28,470 nt of DNA, from positions 1 to 28,470 of IMG/VR virus record IMGVR_UViG_3300017766_002511; one strand, 5' to 3'. Source of the stretch: a virus. Lineage: Duplodnaviria; Caudoviricetes. The notes under the pieces are model-generated. The model did no database searches. It was given only the letters and a program-made list of their open reading frames with translations, and was not told where the DNA came from. Shown piece by piece: positions 1 to 7,155 of this stretch. A program made the position numbers and the translations under genes. Positions within the stretch are counted from its first letter, which is position 1, and each line of letters starts with the position of its first letter.

Positions 1-1
1 T

Positions 2-748
2 CTACGCGAGCTTCAAGGCGATGAGCGCGAAACCTTGGAGCGTATGGTCTCGGCAAGCGGTGAAGGTACACCGCCTAGCCGCGAACCTACTAGTTGGGGT
101 TTCCAGCTAACCGATAGCCGTGCACTCAAGAGCTTGCGCCTTATCGCTCTTGGCGGAAATAAGGCCGCTACGGCGGATATCGTTCCGCCTACTCCGCCTA
201 AGTCTAAGTACGCCCATGCTAAGAATCCGCCGCCCTACTGCTACTCCAAGCTATACCGTCCAGCAGCAGGGTGCGAAATCCGCCGCCAACTTGATCCTCG
301 CAACCTCGCCGATACTTTCACGGGGCAAGGCTTCAAGCGTGGCGAGGGCTTGGAGTACCTCGCCGAGCGCACTTCCGCCGCCTACGCGGAATCGCCGAAC
401 CCGCTCAAGTTGGAAGCGGCTCAAGCGGCGGCTCAAGCGGCGGAAGAGCGGCGGAACGCTCGCAAGCCTCGCAGTAAGAGCGCGAACCTCAAGCGAGCCG
501 CGAGCGCGGCGGAAGATCTACCGTACGATGGCAAGCGGCACTCGCACCACTACCAAGCCTTGCCGCTTGCACTCGCCCGCGTCAAGGCTTGCGCGGCGGC
601 GGCGGAACGCTGGAAGGTAGACCTAAGCGAGGCGGCAACCGACAGCGAGCGGCTAGAGTGCCGCGAGGGCTTGACTGCCGCGCTCGCTCGCTTAGAGAAC
701 GCTCGCCTTGACTTCGAGGGCTTGCCTCACTCAAGAGCCGCCGAATAG
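2..748 (+). CDS. Hypothetical protein, 5'-truncated (Ala/Arg/Lys-rich, helical C-terminus)
   Basis: The frame is open from base 2 (LRELQGDERETLERMV...) to TAG 746-748, so the true start lies left of the window. A strong hairpin follows. No recognised motif. Confidence 0.65.
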   Translation, partial: LRELQGDERETLERMVSASGEGTPPSREPTSWGFQLTDSRALKSLRLIALGGNKAATADIVPPTPPKSKYAHAKNPPPYCYSKLYRPAAGCEIRRQLDPRNLADTFTGQGFKRGEGLEYLAERTSAAYAESPNPLKLEAAQAAAQAAEERRNARKPRSKSANLKRAASAAEDLPYDGKRHSHHYQALPLALARVKACAAAAERWKVDLSEAATDSERLECREGLTAALARLENARLDFEGLPHSRAAE

Positions 749-769
749 CCTAGCCGCCTCGCACTACTT

Positions 770-816
770 GAAGCCTCGCTCACGAGACTATCGTGAGCGG
801 GGCTTCTTGCGTTTCT
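770..816 (+). terminator. Probable intrinsic terminator
   Basis: 16-bp stem GAAGCCTCGCTCACGA / TCGTGAGCGGGGCTTC (one G-U) with loop GACTA, followed by TTGCGTTTCT, 21 nt after the stop of the upstream ORF. Confidence 0.7.
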
Positions 817-868
817 AGCCGCTTGCGCCCGCACTACCCTCACCGCTTGCCGCTCGCTTGCGCTGGAC

Positions 869-943
869 GCGAGGCGAGGCGAGGCGAGCGGGTACAATGC
901 CCATCGCCGACCACGCCCGTTCGCGCCCGTTCGCGTGCGTTCG
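869..943. repeat. Short tandem repeats: (GCGAG)x4 and about 3 copies of CGCCCGTTCG
   Basis: Four perfect GCGAG copies at 869-888. CGCCCGTTCG twice plus CGTGCGTTCG at 914-943. Confidence 0.8.
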
Positions 944-1356
944 TGCGCTCGAACACCCCCCACGGGAGGGTGGCAGGGGGCTTTCGTGGCCGTCGATGCG
1001 GGGAGGGGGCAATGCCCTCACGCAATTTTGGTAGCGGCTAACGTTTTGTGTGTGCTAGCGTGCGGGAGGGCAGGCGGCTGTTGCATTTGGCAACACCCTG
1101 TTGCGTAAGTTAACAGCGCTGGTGGTGTGTGGCTCAAGCTCACACGCTGACGTGGGGGCTAACGCTAGCGCTGTGGGGGTGTGGGGGTTGTAGCAAGTGC
1201 GGTCAAGGGTTGGCAAGTGATGGTTGTGGGGCTGTGTGCTAATGCTGGTGGTGGTAGGTAGTTAGGGGCGTGGGAAAATGTCGGTTTGTGCTTGACGAAA
1301 AGCGCCTTTTTAGCGGACATGGTGTGCGTGCCGCAGACCTTAGTACGACAACCACA

Positions 1357-2832
1357 ATGAGCAACTACAGACAGCCGAACTACATCATGTGGGCGCCGGA
1401 CGACTTCGGCATGGATGCTTGGGCGCAATTTGCAGATAGATATTCACTCAGCAGCTATGATTCCGCTATTGGCGATATTCCTACGCCTAACCTTGATGCG
1501 CTTTTGCAGCGTGGCGTCAAGTTCACACGAGCCTACTCGCAACCGTTCTGCTCGCCTACACGCGCACAGTGGATGACTGGCCGGTTTGGGTTCAAAACTG
1601 GAATCGGCGCACTCGTAGATACCAATGACCAAGCATTGCTAGATTTAGAGGTTGGCCTGCCGCGTGGACTAAAAGAAGGAACGGGATACGCCTACAAGTG
1701 CGCAGCGTTTGGCAAGTGGCACTTGTCTAACTACAGCTCAATGGGCGGCATTGCATCGCATCCGATTACCGTCGGGTTCGATGAGTTCTATGGCACGCAA
1801 GGCAACGTTGACTTCCAGGGCTATTATTTCTTTGAGGGATGGCACTCTAAAAAGACGGCTAAAGGCGTAGATGTCTCGATGGAGCGAGTTGATCGCTACC
1901 TGCCAGAGTGGACGGTTGACAAAGCACTAGAATGGATCAATCGTCAGTCTCAGCCGTGGTTCGCGTACATTCCAATTAACTTACCGCATGGGCCTTTGCA
2001 TCGGCCACCGGCTGATCTGTACGACACAACAAGATATGTGCTTCCTGAAAATGGCACAAGCACAGATGCTACCGCGAATGTCAAGCAGTTGTATTACGCA
2101 GCCATGGTACAGTCCATGGACACGTTGTTTGGCAAACTCTTAGCTGGTATCCCACAAGACGTTTTAGCCAACACGGTTATCATCGTCTGGTCAGACAACG
2201 GAACCGAATACGTAGCTGACGGACTAGACTCTGCTAAAGGCAAATACAGCGCATATGACTTAGGCGTAAACGTGCCCCTAGTCGTAGCTGGCGCATACAT
2301 CGACCGACCTGGTCGCACAAACAACGCTCTAATCTCACCTTCAGATCTATTTGATACCTTGATCGTAATGGCTGAAGGCGACACAACTTTAGTTTCTACA
2401 CCGCCAAATCATAGTTCTGGGGACTTTACAGGATCGCGCAATAGCACTCATTTTGCGTACACATTGCTGAATTACCAGTACGTACACCCCAGAACTAGTC
2501 TTCTAGTAGACAAGTTTGCATATAACATCCCGCATTTAAGCGCAACCGAAATTGGGCTACGTGCAATTGTCACTAAATACAGCGGCAAGTTCTACAAGTT
2601 GATCAGGTTCAACGGGACGGGCACCACGTTTACTGGCATGACGCAAGGTCCAGTTGGCGTGTGGACTCCTAACGTTCGCACAAACGCTGATGCGTTCTAC
2701 GATCTCGAGGCCGATCCTCGAGAAGATGTCAACTACCTGCGAATCACCACTCCGTTAACGTTGACTACAACCCAGAAACTTGCTTACGATCAAGCCGTAA
2801 ACGCTTTTGCTAGCCTACAAAGCACATATTGA
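1357..2832 (+). CDS. Formylglycine-dependent sulfatase (S1 family, arylsulfatase-like; alkaline phosphatase superfamily)
   Basis: PNYIMWAPDDFG (metal-binding DD), TPNLDAL, FCSPTRAQWMTGR (CxPxR signature), FGKWHL, PHGPLH, WSDNG, GKYSAYDLGVNVPL, YDLEADPRE. ATG 1357 is preferred over GTG 1270 because the fold begins right after it. No signal peptide. Confidence 0.93.
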   Translation: MSNYRQPNYIMWAPDDFGMDAWAQFADRYSLSSYDSAIGDIPTPNLDALLQRGVKFTRAYSQPFCSPTRAQWMTGRFGFKTGIGALVDTNDQALLDLEVGLPRGLKEGTGYAYKCAAFGKWHLSNYSSMGGIASHPITVGFDEFYGTQGNVDFQGYYFFEGWHSKKTAKGVDVSMERVDRYLPEWTVDKALEWINRQSQPWFAYIPINLPHGPLHRPPADLYDTTRYVLPENGTSTDATANVKQLYYAAMVQSMDTLFGKLLAGIPQDVLANTVIIVWSDNGTEYVADGLDSAKGKYSAYDLGVNVPLVVAGAYIDRPGRTNNALISPSDLFDTLIVMAEGDTTLVSTPPNHSSGDFTGSRNSTHFAYTLLNYQYVHPRTSLLVDKFAYNIPHLSATEIGLRAIVTKYSGKFYKLIRFNGTGTTFTGMTQGPVGVWTPNVRTNADAFYDLEADPREDVNYLRITTPLTLTTTQKLAYDQAVNAFASLQSTY

Positions 2833-2833
2833 T

Positions 2834-3040
2834 ATGGCACACGGAAAACGCGAAGGTAAGTACGAACGAGGCGAAGGTCCGCGCCATGAGCGCAGGGAAA
2901 CGCGGGGCTATGAAAAAGGCGAGCGATTGCGCGAAGCGCTGGCCGCTAACACAGCCAAGCGTCGCCGCAATGCAATGAACTCCGCTATGCAGGCACCAGC
3001 CGGTGCCATGCGCATCAGCGGTAAAACCAAAAGGAAGTGA
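2834..3040 (+). CDS. Small basic Arg/Lys/Glu-rich protein
   Basis: ATG 1 nt after the sulfatase stop; MAHGKREGKYERGEGPRHERRE...; tightly packed with the next gene. Confidence 0.7.
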   Translation: MAHGKREGKYERGEGPRHERRETRGYEKGERLREALAANTAKRRRNAMNSAMQAPAGAMRISGKTKRK

Positions 3041-3041
3041 T

Positions 3042-3209
3042 ATGAAGGGTTCATCCTGCAAGAGTGGCGGTAAGATGATGGGTAAGGCTTCTGGTCCCAA
3101 GCGCATGCCGGCGGCGAAAGCTGGCGGTGCTGCGAAGAAGGCTATGATGCCGAAGGGCGCCAAGACTGGCAGCGCCATGAAGATGAAGAGCGGCGGCATG
3201 GGTCGCTGA
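3042..3209 (+). CDS. Small Lys/Met/Gly/Ala-rich basic protein (possible DNA-condensing)
   Basis: AAGGAAG SD-like sequence before ATG 3042; MKGSSCKSGGKMMGKASGPKRMPAAK...; no acidic residues. Confidence 0.75.
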   Translation: MKGSSCKSGGKMMGKASGPKRMPAAKAGGAAKKAMMPKGAKTGSAMKMKSGGMGR

Positions 3210-3211
3210 TC

Positions 3212-3673
3212 ATGGGCACGAAGGGCGACGACCTAACGTCGGATGAGCCTTACGTGCCCAATATGAGTCTTGATGACGCCGACGCGCTCATGCGTTACAG
3301 CAACTCACGTGGCCGGCAAGACTACGAACGGCGCATGCAAGGCAGAAAGCACATCTGGGTGAGACCTGATAGCAACGGCGGACAGGGCGACCAAAGCAGC
3401 TATGTCGGTGCAGCCGACACGAGCTTCCTTGAACGCATCGCTGAGATCGAGAAGAAACTCGACGCCGGCATCCCGCTCTCTGAAGCGGAGGCCGAGTACA
3501 TGGTGTCACGTACGATTACGCGCATCCTGAAAACGTCCCGCCGGCCCACGCATGTGCTGAAGGCCATCGAGATGCTACAACAGGCGCGAGCCAAAAAGCT
3601 GGTCTCGAAGATGATTGAGGCGCAAATCTCCGAGCCTAAAGAACCTCCGCCTCCGCAACTGAATCTCCCATGA
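3212..3673 (+). CDS. Hypothetical protein, candidate terminase small subunit
   Basis: 153 aa, helical. VLKAIEML resembles the KALELL-type oligomerisation helix of TerS. Upstream of terL. The function is inferred. Confidence 0.45.
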   Translation: MGTKGDDLTSDEPYVPNMSLDDADALMRYSNSRGRQDYERRMQGRKHIWVRPDSNGGQGDQSSYVGAADTSFLERIAEIEKKLDAGIPLSEAEAEYMVSRTITRILKTSRRPTHVLKAIEMLQQARAKKLVSKMIEAQISEPKEPPPPQLNLP

Positions 3674-3885
3674 ACATCCAAACCATCCTTGCCAAGATCG
3701 CCGGTAGCTCGACCTGGTGGGTCAGCATCCTCCTGCCCATTCTGAAAGTGCTGCTCGAGAAGATCGGCATCATCATCCCGTGGGAAGTGGTGATGGCCGG
3801 CCAAGGCGGTTACGCCGTCAAGGAAGCAGCCGCAAAGCTGCAACCTGTTGTTGCGACCAAGCTAACCTTCAACAAGGCGGAGTGA
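3670..3885 (+). CDS. Small membrane protein, holin-like
   Basis: 71 aa with ATGA overlap; SSTWWVSILLPILKVLL and IGIIIPWEVVMAG hydrophobic segments; basic C-terminus. Confidence 0.55.
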   Translation: MNIQTILAKIAGSSTWWVSILLPILKVLLEKIGIIIPWEVVMAGQGGYAVKEAAAKLQPVVATKLTFNKAE

Positions 3886-4081
3886 CTTGCGGCGGTGCCT
3901 TGCGCACCGTCATGCAAGTGTTGGTCAGACTGGGATTCAGCAAACGTGGCTCCCAGTCTCCTTCCGTTCCCCAGCGCCTAGCTGCCGCATCGCAGGCATC
4001 TAGCCGCGTCTCGAATGGGCCGTAAGCCTGGCTGTGGTAGACGATGATCCACACGTCAGGTGGACGCTGCCTTTGTTGCAT
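3869..4081 (-). CDS. Small hypothetical phage protein (YGPF-T motif)
   Basis: GGAGG SD upstream of the ATG on the minus strand (GAGATCTGGAGGAAGAAGAATG); WIIVYHSQAYGPFETRLDAC; overlaps the 3' end of the replication gene. Confidence 0.6.
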   Translation of the reverse strand: MQQRQRPPDVWIIVYHSQAYGPFETRLDACDAAARRWGTEGDWEPRLLNPSLTNTCMTVRKAPPQVTPPC

Positions 4082-4979
4082 TCTTCTTCCTCCAGATCTC
4101 CCTGAGCATCTCGATGTCCTGCTTGGCCTGCTCTGAGCCTACCCACGGAGGAATCGCGTTGCGTACCCTCGAGTTCCACTTTTCCCATTCGTCGCGCAAT
4201 TCGTCATCGGAGCTGCGCGGAGGCTGACCCACTGTAACGCGCTGCGCTGCGCTCTGCGGGGACTTGGCGACCAGTTGGTTCCATTGGCCCAACAAGGTGG
4301 TCAACGACGCCCTAGCGGCCATCCAGGCGTCTTGGTGGTCAAGCATCAGCTCGGCCCTGTGCTTCACCTCGTCCATCGACGCAGCCTTGAGGAGCTTGTT
4401 GGCGCTCACCGCGTCCTTGGCTTGGATCAGGTACTCGGTGCCCCGTGCCTGCTTCCAGCGTGCCTTCCACCAGTCGAGAAATTCACGCTGGGTCGCCGCC
4501 GAGACTTTTGGCTCGGCCCCCTCGGGAGAGGATGGAGAGGGGGTGAGGGGAGAGGAGTTAATAGGGGGTGTGGGGGAAAGAAGAGGAGAGGGAGAGGGGG
4601 GAGGAAGGTCACGCGATGTCACGCGTGACACGGCGTGACAGGACTTCGCATCCTTGCCGCGCTTCTTCGACTGGCGCTGCCGAGCCTCCTCCTTCGCCTG
4701 GTTCTCAGCCTCCATGACCTGCGCCACGAACGGCGACACAAAGCCCTTGTCCGTCCGAGCCAAGATGCCAGTCACCTCGGCCCATGACGCATGAAAGTCA
4801 GTCGAGCATAATCGACCGTACAGCCGCTCGAAGTACAGCGGGTCGTCGGGGATGAAGCCTTGCTCGAGCTGCCACATGACCAGCTCCATGAACAGACCGC
4901 GAGCCTCCATGCTCAACGATGCAACTTCAGGGTTGCGCCATAGTTGTGTGGTCATACTGCTCCATTTTGATTTTGCCAT
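4056..4979 (-). CDS. Phage replication initiator / replisome organiser (YdaU/DUF1376-like N-terminus)
   Basis: LSMEARGLFMELVMWQLEQGFIPDD N-terminal motif, basic helix KEEARQRQSKKR, Pro/Ser linker PSPSPLLSPTPPI and a helical C-terminal domain. This is the typical lambda-O-like three-part layout. Confidence 0.75.
   Translation of the reverse strand: MAKSKWSSMTTQLWRNPEVASLSMEARGLFMELVMWQLEQGFIPDDPLYFERLYGRLCSTDFHASWAEVTGILARTDKGFVSPFVAQVMEAENQAKEEARQRQSKKRGKDAKSCHAVSRVTSRDLPPPSPSPLLSPTPPINSSPLTPSPSSPEGAEPKVSAATQREFLDWWKARWKQARGTEYLIQAKDAVSANKLLKAASMDEVKHRAELMLDHQDAWMAARASLTTLLGQWNQLVAKSPQSAAQRVTVGQPPRSSDDELRDEWEKWNSRVRNAIPPWVGSEQAKQDIEMLREIWRKKNATKAAST
4524..4640. other. Putative replication origin within the initiator gene (iterons plus purine tract)
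   Basis: GTCACGC occurs 4 times (4608 and 4618 forward; two inverted copies ending 4629 and 4639), including the perfect palindrome TGTCACGCGTGACA at 4617-4630. It abuts an ~85-nt purine-rich tract. Confidence 0.55.
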
Positions 4980-4988
4980 AAAACTATC

Positions 4989-5017
4989 TTGCGTGGGACT
5001 GGTCGGCAGTGTACGAT
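4989..5017 (+). promoter_or_regulatory. Putative sigma70-type rightward promoter for the packaging/virion operon
   Basis: TTGCGT (4989-4994), 17-nt spacer, TACGAT (5012-5017), in the only divergent intergenic region. Confidence 0.5.
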
Positions 5018-5035
5018 TCGCGTCGTAAGAGTCAA
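5008..5035 (-). promoter_or_regulatory. Putative sigma70-type leftward promoter for the replication cassette
   Basis: Minus strand TTGACT (5035-5030), 16-nt spacer, TACACT (5013-5008). Confidence 0.5.
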
Positions 5036-5071
5036 GCCCCCATCCCTAGGAAGTGCGCAGTAGGCTCGCCC

Positions 5072-5296
5072 ATGAAAAAGCGTTTCTCGAAAAAGGTCAC
5101 CTCCGCCAAGACTGGCCGCACCCGCACCGTGAAGTACGGGCAGGCTGGTTCCGAGATTCGCCCTGGCACCCCCAAGGGCGATGCCTACTGCGCTCGATCC
5201 GCCAAGATCGGTGGGGACTGGAAGTCAGACCCCAACTCTCCCAACAACTTGTCGCGCAAGAAGTGGCGCTGCCGTGGCAGCAAGTCAATGCGCTGA
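5072..5296 (+). CDS. Small basic phage protein of the CARS...W-x-C type
   Basis: VKYGQAG, YCARSAKI, SPNNLSRKKWRC match a pattern common in aquatic phage late regions. ATG 5072 chosen as start. Confidence 0.8.
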   Translation: MKKRFSKKVTSAKTGRTRTVKYGQAGSEIRPGTPKGDAYCARSAKIGGDWKSDPNSPNNLSRKKWRCRGSKSMR

Positions 5297-5379
5297 AGTA
5301 CCGTCAGCCAGGACTCTCTGTGTAGAGGGACTGGCAGAGAATCTTGGCCGGCGGCGATGAGTCGTCGGCCACCAGTCCA

Positions 5380-5766
5380 ATGAGCAACAACACACAAATC
5401 TCTGACCTCGACCGTCGTGAACGCCTCCGCCAGTACATGCGCGAATATCGCCAGCGCATGAAGGAAGGCGGCAAGTGCGTGCAGTGCGCCAAGCCGGTGC
5501 ACGATGACACACGCATGTGCGAGTACCACCTCAACAAAGCACGCGAGCGCAACCGTCGCTCGTACCGCTTCAACTCACTTGCTCGCTCGCAGCATGTGTC
5601 CGCCATCGTTGATCTGCTGGAAGAGCGCCGCAAGGCCACGCAGCAGTTCAATGAGCAGGTAGACCAGATGCTCAGTGGCATCGCAGAGATTGATGGTCGC
5701 ATGGCCGCGATGATCAACTCAATGTTTGAGCGTGCCCAGTCGCTACAGCAGACCGTCCAAAAGTGA
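5380..5766 (+). CDS. Zn-finger (CxxC...CxxH) plus coiled-coil protein
   Basis: Basic helix YMREYRQRMK, CVQC-x10-CEYH, then a heptad-like C-terminal half. Confidence 0.75.
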   Translation: MSNNTQISDLDRRERLRQYMREYRQRMKEGGKCVQCAKPVHDDTRMCEYHLNKARERNRRSYRFNSLARSQHVSAIVDLLEERRKATQQFNEQVDQMLSGIAEIDGRMAAMINSMFERAQSLQQTVQK

Positions 5767-5769
5767 CAC

Positions 5770-7155
5770 GTGGCGTTCAAAGCACCCAAAGCTGCCGATC
5801 TCTCCGCGCTGCAAAAGCGCGTTGATGAAACCAGCGAGGATGTGCAGGTACGTGACAACTACCTGTACTCGGGGCTGTTTGATCGCAACTTCGGTGTCTA
5901 TGGTGACAGCGCTCCCGCGCCTGAGTTCGTTCGCTCGGAGTCAGGCGTGTCGCTCGTGCGCACGCGCCTCTCGCGCCGTGAGTGGATCGAGCGTTACTTC
6001 CCCATCCGCGACAAGGCCGGCAAGATCCATCCGCTGAAGCTCAACCGCGCACAGCGCCGGCTTGAGTCGTGGATCATGCAGATGGAGATGGCCGGTGTGC
6101 CGGTGCGCATCATCATCCTCAAAGCTCGTCAGATGGGCTTCTCCACGTACGTGCAGGCGTGCATGTTCGAGAAGCTCCTGCGCGAGAAGAACTTTCGCGG
6201 ACTGATCATCGCCGACAACAAAGACCGCTCGAAGCTCCTGCTGCAAATCGCAGATACCGCTCGTACGTCCATGGTCAAGACGTACAACCCGCAGACCAAC
6301 GAACCCGTGACATGGGACTTCAAGATGAAGTCCAAGGCAACCAGCTCACTTGTATGGACAGACCCGATCCGAGGCGAGATCCACGTAACGTCCGCAGAAA
6401 CTCCAGAGCCAGGGCGGGGCGGAACGAGGACAATGGTGCATTTGTCAGAAACCGCGCACTGGCCCGACGCAGAACGCAAGCAAGCTGGTGTGATGGCTTC
6501 TCTGCCTACCTTGCCAGGTACGTACGGATTCGACGAGTCCACCGCGAATGGCGACCAAGGGAAATTCCGTGACGACTTCTGGCGTGCGTGGAAGCAGCGC
6601 GACGTCAACCTGCTAGAGCGCAACGATCCGTGGCACGCCGTCTTCTTCGCCTGGTGGGAACACGACGAGTACCGCTGGACGCGCACGTACGGATCCAATC
6701 GCGAGATCCCCGCCAAGCTCCTCGAGCAAGTGAATGCATCGCTCGACGAAGAAGAGCGCTGGCTTGTCAAGCAAACTTACATCCGCCGTTTCACACCTGC
6801 TGACAAGTGGGTGAGCGTGGTGGTCAAGCAAGGGCGCAAGCTGGTGTTCAACGCAGATGGGTCATTCACGATCAAGACCTGCGCACCTGAGAAGAAGTCC
6901 AAGCTCGTGCGCATGAACGTTGGCCTACAAAGCGTTGGCATCGACCAACTGCTGTGGCGCCGGCAGAAGATCCAAGACAAAGAGATCGCCAACGATCTTG
7001 CGCTGTTCAACCAAGAGTATCCTTCGCGCCCACAGCTCGCGTTCATGTCAACTGGACGGCCTGTGTTCGACATCGAGAAGATCGACTACCTGCTCGCGAA
7101 GGCTCGCGACAATCAACCCAAGTTCGTCGGCAGCATGAGGGTGGAAGCTCAATGA
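5770..7155 (+). CDS. terL: Terminase large subunit, ATPase domain only
   Basis: PLKLNRAQ adenine-binding motif, Walker A ILKARQMGFST, Walker B variant VHLSETAHW, coupling motif ESTANG, VFFAWWEHDEY, FNQEYP...AF..TGRPVF. Stops in the interdomain linker. Confidence 0.93.
   Translation: MAFKAPKAADLSALQKRVDETSEDVQVRDNYLYSGLFDRNFGVYGDSAPAPEFVRSESGVSLVRTRLSRREWIERYFPIRDKAGKIHPLKLNRAQRRLESWIMQMEMAGVPVRIIILKARQMGFSTYVQACMFEKLLREKNFRGLIIADNKDRSKLLLQIADTARTSMVKTYNPQTNEPVTWDFKMKSKATSSLVWTDPIRGEIHVTSAETPEPGRGGTRTMVHLSETAHWPDAERKQAGVMASLPTLPGTYGFDESTANGDQGKFRDDFWRAWKQRDVNLLERNDPWHAVFFAWWEHDEYRWTRTYGSNREIPAKLLEQVNASLDEEERWLVKQTYIRRFTPADKWVSVVVKQGRKLVFNADGSFTIKTCAPEKKSKLVRMNVGLQSVGIDQLLWRRQKIQDKEIANDLALFNQEYPSRPQLAFMSTGRPVFDIEKIDYLLAKARDNQPKFVGSMRVEAQ

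Noticed and set aside
869-943. CRISPR-like array
   Set aside because: Units are 5-10 nt and tandem with no spacers.
1270-1356. Longer GTG start for the sulfatase
   Set aside because: The extension is not signal-peptide-like and covers a TTGACG-containing likely regulatory region; the fold starts just after Met at 1357.
793-1428. Short ORFs on both strands in the left intergenic region
   Set aside because: Low-complexity translations of repeats and skewed DNA with no RBS or motifs.
6439-6465. Walker B reading SE instead of DE as a sign of an inactive terminase
   Set aside because: The HLSE-x-A-x-W variant is a normal form in this terminase family.
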